From positions 1-62,000 of IMG/VR virus record IMGVR_UViG_3300021963_000134: a stretch of 62,000 bases of DNA. One strand, written 5' to 3'. The DNA comes from a virus. Lineage: Duplodnaviria > Caudoviricetes. This document shows, piece by piece, positions 19,801 to 28,246 of the stretch (positions within the stretch are counted from its first letter, which is position 1; the number at the start of each line of letters is the position of its first letter). The notes beneath the pieces are model-generated. The model did no database searches and was not told the DNA's origin. It saw nothing but the letters and a program-made list of their open reading frames with translations. The translations under genes and the position numbers were made by a program.

Positions 19801-22487
19801 GGCATGACAGCTTCACCGTGCGAGAAAACCGCAACTCTCCCAAGAACTACGCCGTTTACACACCCGAGCAGGTGAAGTCTGCGACCGGTAACGTGGGCGA
19901 GTACAGCCGCGAGTCGAAGAACATCAAGTACAGCCTGCCAACCATCCCGCAAGATATTACCGACCGGATTAACGAAACTACATTTAAACGGCAGAAGAAA
20001 GGTTTTGCTGAGCGCATGATTGAAGCTATCTCTCCTCAGAGCGCCTCCAGCTTCCGGCAGCGTTACCTCAACCGCTACAACCAGATGTCGGTCTACGACA
20101 AGAAGCGAGCCGAGCAGATGGGTGGTGCAGCCCTTCTCGCAGACCAGAGCGCAGAAGCTGCGGCTTTGATGTCTGACCTTGGGGCAGGCATTGCAGCATC
20201 CGCTATGGGCATGGGGGATCGCAACGGCGGCATCCCAGTCCTTCGCAATGGCATCACGACCATCGACACCAGCGTCAAAGGAATGGTTGCCTCTCTGGCT
20301 CCTCTGGCGGCATATGGAGACCCGGTGGTCTTCCAGCAGTATCAGTACTGGGCCATGATCAAGCGCGGCGTCCGTTTAAACAAAGAAGGAAAGCTTACCG
20401 GTATCGACTCAGCCGACGTTGCATTCGCCAAGGCGTTGGAGCAGAAGTATCCAAAAGACTTGTTTGTAAACGTTCAGAAAGACTTGATCGCTTTCAACAA
20501 CGGCTTGGTCAAGTACATGGTGGATACAGGCGTTCTCTCTAAAGAACGTGCCCACGAATACACCAAGCATGCCGACTACATTCCCTTCTATCGTCAGATG
20601 GATGGGGATACGACTCTGGGGCCAAATCTCTTCCAGTCGCTGTCCGGGGTCAAGCCACCCAAGAAACTCAAAGGAAAAGACGTAGCCGAGGCTCCTCTGG
20701 CCGACTTCCTTGAGACCATGGTGCGCAACACTCAGTCAGCCATCCAAGCTGGCGTGAAGAACTACGCAGCCCAGCGAGCCATCAACGTGGCACTCCAAGT
20801 CAAAGCCCCGGGCATGGAGCTTGAGCGCTTGCCTGTGGCTTCGACAGAGCCGGATGTCATCAACGTCTTGGAAAAGGGAAAGCTTGTCTCTTACCGGACT
20901 GCGGACAGTTTGCTCATCGATGCAATGAAGAGCTTGAATCTGTCTGAGCTTCCCTTCATGGGCATTTTGTCTGCGCCAGCCGACTTGCTGCGCAACTTGG
21001 TGACCAAAGACCCCGGCTTCATGATGGCCAACTTGATGCGTGACTCAATGTCTGCGTGGGTGACTTCGGGCCAAAAAATGACTCCTATCGCAGGAACGGT
21101 CATCAACTTCGGCAAGGCTCTTACCCGCAACTCTCCCGGCTTCGAGGCCATGCTGAACGCTGGCATCATCGGCGGCTATGAGTTCAGTGCCAACGTCGAG
21201 CAGTCCGGGTTTAAACTTGAAGAGGACTTGAAACGCAAAGCGGGCAAGCGCGACGACTCCATCTTGCTTCGCCCGTTTAAATCCTTATGGGATGCGCTGG
21301 AGACCGGAACAACCGCCTCTGATGCTGCCACCCGCGCCTTGATCTACGAGCGTGTGCTGGCTGATACAGGCAACGAGGCTGAGGCCTTGTACCGATCCCT
21401 TGAAGTGATGAACTTCCACCGCAAGGGTAACTCTGCTTTGATCCGAGTGCTGACTGCCACCGTCCCGTTCTTTAATGCCCGTCTGCAGGGTTTGGATTTG
21501 TTCTACCGTGCCTCTACAGGCAACATGAACAACAAGGATGCTGCCTCTATCCAGCGTCAGTTCTTTGCCCGTGGCATGACCATGATGGCTCTGTCGGCTG
21601 CCTACTGGTTCATGGTCTCCGATGATGAGGAGTACAAGAAGCAGGAGCAGGAGACCCGGGACAACAACTGGATCATCCCAAGCTTGGGCATCCGCATCCC
21701 AATTCCTTTCGAGGTGGGTGTGTTGTTTAAAGTGATCCCTGAGCGGATTGCTGCCTACACATTCGGTGACGACACTGGGCAAGACCTGCGTGACTCCTTG
21801 TTCCGCAACGCCGTTGCCACATTTGCGTTTAACCCAACCCCGCAGATCATCAAGCCAATTGCCGAGGCTGTGGTTGACTTCAACCCGTTTACATGGCGAT
21901 CAATTGTCAGCAAGGGCATGGAGGATGTCGAGGCCAAGTATCAAGTCGGCCCAAGCACATCCGCTTTTGCAACAATGATTGCTCAAAACTTGGGTCTGTC
22001 ACCCATAAAAGTGGATCACATCATCAAGGGCTACACCGGAACCATCGGTATGTACGGCATCGACTTGATCGACATGGTCTTGGATCAGTTCGGCGACAGC
22101 CCCAAGCCAACCAAACGGTTTGAGCAGCTTCCCGTGATCAAGCGGTTTGCTCTGGATGAAGAAGCGCGGGGTTACGTCACTCAGTACTACCAGCTCAAAG
22201 ACGCAGTGGACACGACCGTCAGGACGATGAACCTGCTGGAGAAGACTGGTGAGTCAGAGGAGTATGTGAAGTACCTGACTGAGAATCAGGGGACTCTCGC
22301 CTTCAAGGACTACATCCGGGATACCGAAAAGGTCATGAAGGAATACAGGGAGATGCGCCTTGCGATTCGTTCCTCGCAGATGACTGGAGATGAGAAGCGA
22401 GACGCCCTGCTCGAGATCAGCAAAGCAGAGAGCGCCGTCACTTCCCAAATCCAGACCATCAAGAAGGCTATCGCTTCAGTCCAATAA
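13818..22487 (+). CDS. Large polyvalent (injected) protein: HExxH metallopeptidase-like, helical glycosylase-like, ADP-ribosyltransferase-like and LPD38-like domains
   Basis: 2889-aa ORF with RHESLHAL, WY..AAMSPQ..VTIDTHA, VFYHAT..IFLAD..PEQVKSATGN and C-terminal PFFNARLQG..RIPIPFE motifs. Confidence 0.7.
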   Translation: MAENFWEKDTVAEPAGEWWSQDKVAKESETTAISDEAKKRTVGEAIKDVGAGLVSGAGSLVQLPGQLYGLATGDFSKTGALGLGEDISKYGEEMKSAGLKAREAERAAKIQEAEKEGQFAAFKAGFGETITDPALFASFIAEQVPNILPMILTGGATAALTAGRASAAALAKGATKEAAADAGKIAAAKAGTTAAVQTGAVMQGSDIGAGSYDEIYNELLAQGRSEEEAAAETINKARAAGLTGYGFSLLANKYLPGGKALEEILAGKKITGSRIGSGVVTGVKEIPSENIEEVGGRIAQNVAAQQAGLDRELLAGTGETAALATLGAAGIGGAAGALAPRQIGPEPIKTPESVDAFEKEKAEFRKQFGQAEPVAPTAETAEAPVEREPEPVEPPTEFPGGYTATRREISRQDVPESFGIFAEGSDKPLTTVSSQEEVDKKIQSLTEIRQQEQERLMAEGDKIMKPIEEARRKLEVMEATGKANTDEYVQAKALLTQQEQAADDRFAEIFAEINSYSAPLTSAPIGTRTDVQNEFVVNRGNEPIGVFPTLEQAEATLREREPEVFKQAEVAARTQELEKTLKPMLAKFNLGDVGLNIVEKLENNAGGSYLDSLIRVSLEEANPIQTMRHESLHALKDLEFFTPQQWNALTERANKDWLVQLKKTPYEEGVSRYDAYLDMFTKEGQAKGLQGPELEQYANEALVEEAIADAFGAYDRGATPPPGMIAALFKKLKNFFMNFGQALRGAGFESADDVFQRVERGELKSRKPKAEKAAPKAESKEKPEEKAEKPEQTMGDRLSLLRKAYPDEIDISTQNPQGVKRIYDPITEMLSIDEAAVREAMKANPKMAQKTIQAIKSYGFIPDGTPNNKVLELFRENIVNNLMFLYNKVPASIRNRSKLWYDGANKIADEMANNYDMSLRQIAAIMAAMSPQKDWFQNVSMAERAIDVLKKQGDQAWTPDMLKYAESYVKETKDRKEREKRQDAFEKIKKVAKSGTVLNDMDEKSAAAFIRAYDEAFHSRNYRIVTPEGGFGDLVKNNDGTPSTMMWSTYGPIEKAVSIFRDGSRENVSQQLGFEHKIRSFYNNIANPNSEIDHVTIDTHAVAAALFEALAGTDTEVTQNFGGTGSSDVLGVGGTYGLIADAYREAAKKAGVRAREMQSITWEAVRALFSEEVKSTIKPKIRAEWKKYKTGQQSFDETRDNVLEIAGQPDKLDEPDWIDSGEGQFVSDGGTSYDKTFTPTGGVRLRESREIREKVTFNLSAVTNSIPGLRELYSKAMKGDDKAYELLQKVAESSLQYLLKGSGAKIKIEYSKGVYLSDREPSISVSAAFDESNQRAVMGALAKFAENYNQQQIHVRVPTIRKLGYEFGDGSYATPVYEIPLRKKLNNAQISDIINQTGLQGFSVSERQVVAEGKTVTENFLTAYWVAPNDIEQEFASFDSFEQAIRAAQALAGVEGSKPKQSVERLYVYGSGPGARISYEEIQSDILSRDGTDTVTPRLISEYLRGEPIKVFKQKDLTNKQVESQKLLAKVFDELPTKDLKNPLVRSAYNALNKELVQQYNAMPIKVQLVEGQRDEDGNFIDIYKNSAEMRKDVSDNNRFKVYKTEPGTFGPEGFNFKDHPLLKDSGVKDADGKAMLFNDVLRAVHDYYAHNLSDIQFGPKGEAAAWRNHMSVTANPLARWALTAETRAQNAWQNFREGVEDVPLKDRPYADQKAMLPPINFTFTGEEGVDRVMADYAATLTPEQQLGSLPANSQYATEVRKQMPKLSLRTHFSSVKAAKDAASEAKVPKTEEFKRFIAGNQWTDADGNPKVFYHATAREFFEFTPAGQSQAIFLADTPEEAETFGSIAEDRLRREIYRALGKDEKLNFFQNIVDAQVKNGFMSEKQGSDFMRQAKRKVPEYGDFGDIEQETYDALLDLSPTRMSIMPLYARAETPFEFENPDHVEQVMQWVANNTEYPQDFPDKWLAGMKGRIKQGLWQAIEDKRVQQAIRALGHDSFTVRENRNSPKNYAVYTPEQVKSATGNVGEYSRESKNIKYSLPTIPQDITDRINETTFKRQKKGFAERMIEAISPQSASSFRQRYLNRYNQMSVYDKKRAEQMGGAALLADQSAEAAALMSDLGAGIAASAMGMGDRNGGIPVLRNGITTIDTSVKGMVASLAPLAAYGDPVVFQQYQYWAMIKRGVRLNKEGKLTGIDSADVAFAKALEQKYPKDLFVNVQKDLIAFNNGLVKYMVDTGVLSKERAHEYTKHADYIPFYRQMDGDTTLGPNLFQSLSGVKPPKKLKGKDVAEAPLADFLETMVRNTQSAIQAGVKNYAAQRAINVALQVKAPGMELERLPVASTEPDVINVLEKGKLVSYRTADSLLIDAMKSLNLSELPFMGILSAPADLLRNLVTKDPGFMMANLMRDSMSAWVTSGQKMTPIAGTVINFGKALTRNSPGFEAMLNAGIIGGYEFSANVEQSGFKLEEDLKRKAGKRDDSILLRPFKSLWDALETGTTASDAATRALIYERVLADTGNEAEALYRSLEVMNFHRKGNSALIRVLTATVPFFNARLQGLDLFYRASTGNMNNKDAASIQRQFFARGMTMMALSAAYWFMVSDDEEYKKQEQETRDNNWIIPSLGIRIPIPFEVGVLFKVIPERIAAYTFGDDTGQDLRDSLFRNAVATFAFNPTPQIIKPIAEAVVDFNPFTWRSIVSKGMEDVEAKYQVGPSTSAFATMIAQNLGLSPIKVDHIIKGYTGTIGMYGIDLIDMVLDQFGDSPKPTKRFEQLPVIKRFALDEEARGYVTQYYQLKDAVDTTVRTMNLLEKTGESEEYVKYLTENQGTLAFKDYIRDTEKVMKEYREMRLAIRSSQMTGDEKRDALLEISKAESAVTSQIQTIKKAIASVQ

Positions 22488-22857
22488 GATCGTTGTCAAA
22501 GAGCCAGCCCACCGTTGACCGGTGGGCGTCCTCCCACATGTTTACACGCTCTTGTTTAGACATCTTGGAGCCTTGATCCAGCTCTGCGTGGCAGCGAAAG
22601 CACAAGGCTGCGATCCGGTAGTCATGGGCTTTGAGTCCCCGGCCCTTACCATCACGCAGTTGATTGGAGTGAGCGGCCACCACTGTGCCATCGCTCACCC
22701 CGCAGTGCTGGCAAGGACTACTCCTCACGGCTTCTAACAGCTTTTGGTTTCGATACAACGACTCTCTCCTCGGTTGTGAATCTGTGGTTGTTGCCACATT
22801 CTTTTCGTCTGACGATGACACCATCGATTTTGCGGGTACGGGTCTCCAGAACGTCAA
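22468..22857 (-). CDS. Zn-binding HNH-like protein (DUF968/DUF1364-like)
   Basis: PCQHCG..VVAAHSN..GKGRGLKAHD..LCFRCH; true start uncertain. Confidence 0.65.
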   Translation of the reverse strand: MTFWRPVPAKSMVSSSDEKNVATTTDSQPRRESLYRNQKLLEAVRSSPCQHCGVSDGTVVAAHSNQLRDGKGRGLKAHDYRIAALCFRCHAELDQGSKMSKQERVNMWEDAHRSTVGWLFDNDLIGLKR

Positions 22858-22884
22858 AGACCTTTGTGCCGCACTCGGGGCATC

Positions 22885-23073
22885 TCACTGAAGCTTCTTC
22901 AGTTGATCAACAACCTCATCCGCACTGAACGGGATGGAGCCAAGTGATTTAAACATGTCGATGGCGTCGGCGACGGCAGCTCTGTAGCCAGCTCTCCACA
23001 CCGACTCCGACCATCCCTCGTCTTCCTCTACGGCGCTCTTGCCGAGGAACTCCAGCATTTTCGTTTTGTTCAT
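22885..23073 (-). CDS. Hypothetical protein
   Basis: Tightly packed in the minus-strand operon. Confidence 0.5.
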   Translation of the reverse strand: MNKTKMLEFLGKSAVEEDEGWSESVWRAGYRAAVADAIDMFKSLGSIPFSADEVVDQLKKLQ

Positions 23074-23076
23074 GAT

Positions 23077-23751
23077 CTAGTCTTCAAGGTTGAACTTTGG
23101 AATACCGTCCGGCTTGTACTCTTCTGTGAGCTGCTTGAGTACTGTCGCTCTTTGCGGGTGCTTAAGCTTGCGCAAGGCCTTGCATTCGATCTGCCGGATG
23201 CGCTCTCTCGTAACTTCTAGGACTTGTCCTGTTTCTTCTAGGGTGTGCTCCTCGCAGCCGATGCCGTAGCGTAAACGCAGGACCTTTTCCTCTCTTGGTG
23301 TTATTGAGGCCAACTGCTCCTCAATGAGTTTTTGGATGTCCTTTTCCTCCATAACCTCCTCTGGTGATGGGGCAACCAGTAGCAGGGCCTCTTCTGCGTT
23401 TATACCAAGCGCAGCACGCATACCATCAAGGTTCACATCCCTTTCGGCGCTGTTGTGCCTGAGCTTTAACGTGAGCTGCTCAGATGTCCATAGATCGGTT
23501 GGTGCCAAACAGAGAAACTCCATCAGACTCTTTGCACCTTCGCTGAACTCTCCTGTAACCAACAGAGGTGGGTTCTTCATGGTGATCAGGCCGCTTAGTG
23601 CGGTCGATGTCATGCCAGCTTCTCTGCAAAACGCAGCCGCACTCCTGTAACCAGCTTTCTCAATGGCCGTCAGGATCAGGTTATTTTTTACCGTTACCTT
23701 GACACGGTATTCATTCACCAGTTCGTAGTCAAAATCATCCTCTTTGGTCAT
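23077..23751 (-). CDS. HTH plus sigma-70 region 4-like protein
   Basis: C-terminus TPREEKVLRLRYGI..HTLEETGQVLEVTRERIRQIECKALRKLKHP closely matches RpoD region 4. Start moved to the ATG at 23751 (GAGGA RBS, overlaps upstream stop). Confidence 0.8.
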   Translation of the reverse strand: MTKEDDFDYELVNEYRVKVTVKNNLILTAIEKAGYRSAAAFCREAGMTSTALSGLITMKNPPLLVTGEFSEGAKSLMEFLCLAPTDLWTSEQLTLKLRHNSAERDVNLDGMRAALGINAEEALLLVAPSPEEVMEEKDIQKLIEEQLASITPREEKVLRLRYGIGCEEHTLEETGQVLEVTRERIRQIECKALRKLKHPQRATVLKQLTEEYKPDGIPKFNLED

Positions 23752-24074
23752 ATCTTCCTCCACAAGACTTTGGGTGAACCGTTGGATGACTTGGCTGCTG
23801 CAAATCCAGCAGAGACGATCAGTCCATCCTTCTGGCAACGCTTGGCAATGTGGCCCCAAGCCCTGCCGTCAGGTGCGCTTGGTAGTCCATAGGACTCAGC
23901 AAACACCCGGGCCTCTTCCGTCAAGAATGGTGACTGCGCCTTCTTTGCAAACTCAGCAAACATGGCAACAGCCCTCAAAGTCCAGTCATCGATCTCACGG
24001 TCTGCTCGTTCAGCCGAGGCCTGTGCTGCAGCGTGGCCCTTCTCTGATGGTGTAAACAAATCTGGTTGTTTCAT
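23748..24074 (-). CDS. Hypothetical protein (winged-helix-like)
   Basis: ATGA-coupled; RAWGHIAKR..GLIV..G motif. Confidence 0.5.
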   Translation of the reverse strand: MKQPDLFTPSEKGHAAAQASAERADREIDDWTLRAVAMFAEFAKKAQSPFLTEEARVFAESYGLPSAPDGRAWGHIAKRCQKDGLIVSAGFAAAKSSNGSPKVLWRKI

Positions 24075-24331
24075 TTTGAAATCTCGTGTTTGTTGGGGGA
24101 TGGTTTGATGTTGGGGTTGGCTCTCATGTAGATGCCAAACTGCTTGTAGGCGATCATCTCCTTCTCTTTAAGTTCCTTGGACTTTCTTTTCTCCTCCTCC
24201 GGGGTGAAGTGGGAGCCAAACTCCGTCACAACAACACCCTTCGCCCGGAAGGACAGGTCTTTGATGAAGATGCTGGGTCGCGGGTTGTGCGCCCAATGAA
24301 AGGGGGATTCGGGGTGGCAGTTGCATTTCAT
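24071..24331 (-). CDS. Hypothetical protein
   Basis: ATGA-coupled ORF in the operon. Confidence 0.5.
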   Translation of the reverse strand: MKCNCHPESPFHWAHNPRPSIFIKDLSFRAKGVVVTEFGSHFTPEEEKRKSKELKEKEMIAYKQFGIYMRANPNIKPSPNKHEISK

Positions 24332-24717
24332 ATTGATTTCCTTATCTCTCTGATCTTGTCTCTGGTCATTGCCATGTTGAACACACTGTTCATGCGATAC
24401 ATGCGGTTCTTGCTTTGCTCATGCCTTCGCCTGTTGGCGGCTACATCTGGCTTGGGCTTTGGCTTGTCCGGCTTGTCTCCAACCATGAAGACAGGCCGTG
24501 GGTAGCGCCTTGCGCTGTCGTGGGAGTACACCCAGTCAGCGATGTGTAAACGCTTCACGCCGTCCTTCGTGCGTTTGCTCATCTTTGCCAAGGCTGCGTG
24601 TGCGTCATACCTGCCGATGTCTGCGTAATCTGCAAACTCCTGCGCGGTGATCTTGCCGAACTCGTGTAACGCCTCCCATGCCTTGGCTATCAGTGTGCCG
24701 CTGTTCAATGGGGTCAA
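24328..24717 (-). CDS. Putative HTH DNA-binding protein
   Basis: ITAQEFADYADIGRYDAHAAL HTH-like segment; RYPRPVF motif. Confidence 0.5.
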   Translation of the reverse strand: MTPLNSGTLIAKAWEALHEFGKITAQEFADYADIGRYDAHAALAKMSKRTKDGVKRLHIADWVYSHDSARRYPRPVFMVGDKPDKPKPKPDVAANRRRHEQSKNRMYRMNSVFNMAMTRDKIREIRKSI

Positions 24718-24944
24718 GTGTTCTTCTCCCGCAGCTTGGCCTCGATGGCTCGGGCAACGTCAATCCGGTGCTGCTCCCACGGCACTGTGTAGTCAACACT
24801 GCGCCATGCCTTGTCAATCTCCTCATCCGTCAGCCCCACCCAAGGGCGCACGTAGTCTTGGATGTCATCGTCATCATCACGCTTGGGTTTGCGCATGGTG
24901 GCTTCGCGTTCAATGCGGTTGAACTCTTCGTCTTCGTCAGTCAT
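24714..24944 (-). CDS. WVGLTDEE-module protein
   Basis: [11 protein letters not shown]...ARAIEAKLREKNT, shared with the ORFs at 26539 and 28243. Confidence 0.6.
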   Translation of the reverse strand: MTDEDEEFNRIEREATMRKPKRDDDDDIQDYVRPWVGLTDEEIDKAWRSVDYTVPWEQHRIDVARAIEAKLREKNT

Positions 24945-25126
24945 GGTTTCTCCTTAAAGTGATCCATTGCAATGCACCCACGCTCACGGCAGCCCTCGTC
25001 AAGGTCGGGCAGGAACTCGTCCAGCGCGTTGTAAATCTTCTCGCGCAACATGGTTGGCGATGCGTGATACAGAACAGCAAGGTTCATCAACTGTTCCACC
25101 AGCGGTTTGGCTTGGCTGTATTTCAT
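24941..25126 (-). CDS. Hypothetical protein
   Basis: Start at MKYSQAK, coupled to upstream small ORF. Confidence 0.45.
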   Translation of the reverse strand: MKYSQAKPLVEQLMNLAVLYHASPTMLREKIYNALDEFLPDLDEGCRERGCIAMDHFKEKP

Positions 25127-25215
25127 TTGATGATCCTCATAAACCCGCCACAACGGGCGCACTTGTAAATGGGTTGGCCTTGGACAGGCTCCCAGCGGTG
25201 TTGGCATTCAGTCAT
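25123..25215 (-). CDS. Small Zn-ribbon peptide (30 aa; not in track)
   Basis: MTECQHRW...YKCARCG with AGGAGAGG RBS. Confidence 0.4.
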   Translation of the reverse strand: MTECQHRWEPVQGQPIYKCARCGGFMRIIK

Positions 25216-25408
25216 GGCCTCTCCTGAGTTTCAGTATTTCAAACAGTACCATTTCAGTCTCCACTGCCTCGGCTCCAAGAGCGTCAATGCGCTGCTGCTT
25301 GTATCCCTTGTACCGGGCTTGCGCGTCCTGATGCACCTCCAATGCGTTGTCGTGCGCCAAGCGCAGCACTTCGATTAAGCGGTCTTGCAGGTCAGGTGGG
25401 ATGTTCAT
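25208..25408 (-). CDS. Hypothetical protein
   Basis: GAGGAG RBS before MNIPPDL. Confidence 0.45.
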   Translation of the reverse strand: MNIPPDLQDRLIEVLRLAHDNALEVHQDAQARYKGYKQQRIDALGAEAVETEMVLFEILKLRRGHD

Positions 25409-25466
25409 ACGCAGCTCCTCAGTGTCATCAGGGTCAGCATCACAATGATGAAAGTCCATGCGAGTT

Positions 25467-25679
25467 TCATAACTTCTGCTCCCGAATCCACACAGCAAAG
25501 CTGGCGGCAGTGTCGCCAAAGGGCATGGCTTCGATCTTCTTGGCGGTGTCATCTAACGCTGCGTTCCATGCGTAGCTGAAAGCTTTACCGTGGCTGGAGT
25601 TATCCAGTGTGAACTGGTCTGCCAGTCGCTCCGTACCGGCAGCGGTACACCACGCTTTCCATGCTTCAAGTTTTGTCAT
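25467..25679 (-). CDS. Hypothetical protein
   Basis: Coupled ORF; PFGDTAASFAVWI motif. Confidence 0.5.
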   Translation of the reverse strand: MTKLEAWKAWCTAAGTERLADQFTLDNSSHGKAFSYAWNAALDDTAKKIEAMPFGDTAASFAVWIREQKL

Positions 25680-25879
25680 TTCGTCACCTGCCTTATTGCT
25701 GTTTCAATCAACCCAGAAAGCTCTATCCACTCTGATGCTGTAAACAGGCTCATGTGAAAGTCGCCGATCTGCGCCTCATCTGGTGCAGCTTCTTTGGTGT
25801 CAGGGGCTGTCACTGTTGTGATGTGCAAGCCGTCCATTTCAATTGTGACCTCGCTGACTCTTGCTTGAAAGTTGCTCAT
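25676..25879 (-). CDS. Hypothetical protein
   Basis: ATGA-coupled start MSNFQARV. Confidence 0.45.
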   Translation of the reverse strand: MSNFQARVSEVTIEMDGLHITTVTAPDTKEAAPDEAQIGDFHMSLFTASEWIELSGLIETAIRQVTK

Positions 25880-26178
25880 TTCAAAAACCTCACGATGTCC
25901 TTGTACACGCCGTTGCGTGCGCTGTTGTCTGACTCGTACTTGTTCCATCCTGCGTAGCGCATCTCTGTCTCTGCGCGGCGCAGCAGGTCAAGCGCACGAT
26001 CACGCTCCTCAGACAACTCCTTCATCACCTCAATGACCGCCTGCTCATGCTTTAGCAATATGGCGTGGATCATCTCCATCGGCGTTTCAATCATGGCAAC
26101 CGCTGCGGCTTTGACTTTCTCATCATGTGTCTTTGCCTTGGCAACGGCTTCGGCGTGTAGCTTGCTTAATGGCTTCAT
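25876..26178 (-). CDS. Hypothetical protein
   Basis: Coupled ORF, helical. Confidence 0.5.
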   Translation of the reverse strand: MKPLSKLHAEAVAKAKTHDEKVKAAAVAMIETPMEMIHAILLKHEQAVIEVMKELSEERDRALDLLRRAETEMRYAGWNKYESDNSARNGVYKDIVRFLK

Positions 26179-26402
26179 GATGCGTACCCATCCGAAATAA
26201 CTTTGGCCTTGGCTTCTTCCAGCATCCCGATCAATGCAAGCCGGTCCGGTGTCGATGATGTCTTGATGGTGAACTGGCCTTTGTCGTACCAGAATGAAAG
26301 CACGATCGCAGTATCCGGTTCTTCGTCAATGGCCTCATTTAGGACCGCCTTGGCGTTTACCTTGTGGTGGTTTGGTATGGTGAGGGTTTTGAGTTTTCTC
26401 AT
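26175..26402 (-). CDS. Hypothetical protein
   Basis: AAGGA RBS before MRKLKTL. Confidence 0.45.
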   Translation of the reverse strand: MRKLKTLTIPNHHKVNAKAVLNEAIDEEPDTAIVLSFWYDKGQFTIKTSSTPDRLALIGMLEEAKAKVISDGYAS

Positions 26403-26538
26403 TTTGTTTCCTTTGCTTTCTCTATGAACTTTGTTGGCGGCAATTTGCCATTGATGACAGCGCATCCACCACATCTTGCAAGCACGTTGATGGCTGGTGC
26501 GTGTGGTGCGTTGCACTGTTTGCAGTAGTCAGCGGCTG

Positions 26539-27234
26539 TCATGTGTTCTTCTCCTTGAGTTTGGATTCGATAGCTTGGGCAAAATTGACTGCCTTGTCAG
26601 CCTCGAAGTCATCGACCTCTTGCCAGCGGATGGGGTAGGCCAGTTTGAGTATTTCCTCATCCGTCAGCCCAACCCATTGCCGCTGTGCTGCGGGTGGGGT
26701 GGTGTACATGTCTTGAATTTCTTTGGCGATAGCGACGGCAAGCTGAACGTCCATCGGCTTCTGTGCGTTTTCTGGATGCGTCCAGCCACGGGCAATAGCC
26801 CCAAGCACATCCTCCCACGCCACAGGCTCCTGCACAGGTGCTGGCTGTGCTGTGGGTGGGGTGGCGCCGTTCTTCTCCTTGAGTCTGGCTTCCCAGTAAC
26901 GGGCAGTCTTATATTCTTCTGTGTCGCAGTTTGCCAAGTCCTCATCCGTCAACCCAGCCCACTCCCGCTTCGCGTACAGCGGCACGTCGTCCGCGAACGC
27001 ACGGTGCGAGGTGAACGTGGTGGTGACAGAGCCGCCTTCCACCAGCTCTTTGAATCGGTCTTTGTCGACCCAGCAGACTTCGTTTTGGTGGGTCATGTGT
27101 TGCGCTCCTTGAGTTTGGCCTCTGGCGGTGATGGCGGTTTTAGCTTTTTGCTGGTATTCGTAGTCCATTGCATTGACCCGCGAAATCCAATCCAACGCCT
27201 CCAGCGCCAAGTCGAGTGCTTTGTCTTTGGTCAT
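26539..27234 (-). CDS. Mosaic [13 protein letters not shown]-module protein
   Basis: [51 protein letters not shown]; AAGGAG RBS at the revised start. Confidence 0.6.
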   Translation of the reverse strand: MTKDKALDLALEALDWISRVNAMDYEYQQKAKTAITARGQTQGAQHMTHQNEVCWVDKDRFKELVEGGSVTTTFTSHRAFADDVPLYAKREWAGLTDEDLANCDTEEYKTARYWEARLKEKNGATPPTAQPAPVQEPVAWEDVLGAIARGWTHPENAQKPMDVQLAVAIAKEIQDMYTTPPAAQRQWVGLTDEEILKLAYPIRWQEVDDFEADKAVNFAQAIESKLKEKNT

Positions 27235-27941
27235 GTGTTCTCCTTGATAGCGTAATCGTGAAATATCACACCTTTGCTGGCGTCCCCCACTTTGCAGGAC
27301 TTGACCCAAACATTCTTTCCGCTTGCAAGCCGCCTCAAATGACCACGGCGGTCATGCAAGCGAGGTGATGCGTGTGTGCCCCCATTGCCCTCTGATCGAG
27401 GCTTGGCTGGCTCAATCCAGACCGTTGTCCAGTCGTAGGTCGGCAGCTTGCCCTGCTGAATCTTTCGGCGGTTGGTAAATGTGTCACGCACTGTGGGAAT
27501 GTGCGCCTCAATACGCCTGTCCATCGCACCGTACCAAGCGCCAATTTGAGCCAACATGAGTTCTGCAAGCTCCTTGTCCACTGGCTCGTCATCGCTGACA
27601 GACCCGTATCGAATGTTGTCATCCTCAATGAAGTAAAACATGGCAGGGATCGGCATCAATCGAGTCCCGGTTGGCCCCTTCCACATTGACACCGTGATGC
27701 CTTCATCTGGATCATCTCCAGCCACCATCATCAAGACGGTGTAGCTCGGGTGATGGCTTGTCTTTCCTTGCCAAACAACAAAGCATTTGTCAAAAGGTGG
27801 TCGGTGCGTCATCACCGGGTCAAGGTCTGCCCGTTGCTTGTCAGTGAACGCACCAGACAGGTCAAACCATTTGATGTCCACAATGTCCACGCCAGCATCA
27901 GCCATCAGCTTCATAGAGTCACGAACAAGTTGAGTGGTCAT
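27231..27941 (-). CDS. Conserved phage protein with C-terminal HxRRGHxR motif
   Basis: [16 protein letters not shown]...VWVKSCKVG; AAGGAG RBS. Confidence 0.6.
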   Translation of the reverse strand: MTTQLVRDSMKLMADAGVDIVDIKWFDLSGAFTDKQRADLDPVMTHRPPFDKCFVVWQGKTSHHPSYTVLMMVAGDDPDEGITVSMWKGPTGTRLMPIPAMFYFIEDDNIRYGSVSDDEPVDKELAELMLAQIGAWYGAMDRRIEAHIPTVRDTFTNRRKIQQGKLPTYDWTTVWIEPAKPRSEGNGGTHASPRLHDRRGHLRRLASGKNVWVKSCKVGDASKGVIFHDYAIKENT

Positions 27942-28246
27942 GTGTTGCTCCTTGCTCGGATGGCGGCGGCAAGGTCTTCTCGCCACGGATTTTTAAACTG
28001 ACGCACGTATACATCCTCAACGAATTTCGCTATGTGCTTACGCTCGTCAGCCCTAGCTTCTGCCAGCGCATCGGTCAGGATGTTGACCTGTCGCTCCATT
28101 GCTTCCATCTCCAAGGGCCAAGAGTTGCGCTCGTCAGAACGGACAAGGGCTTCAAAGGCTTTCAGCTTTTCAAGGTAGATTGGCTCACCAGTTACAAAGT
28201 CATAGGGCATCTTGACTTCACGGGCCATGTCTATCGTGTCTCTCAT
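27938..28246 (-). CDS. Hypothetical protein
   Basis: Coupled ORF; RADER / AAAIRAR motifs. Confidence 0.5.
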   Translation of the reverse strand: MRDTIDMAREVKMPYDFVTGEPIYLEKLKAFEALVRSDERNSWPLEMEAMERQVNILTDALAEARADERKHIAKFVEDVYVRQFKNPWREDLAAAIRARSNT

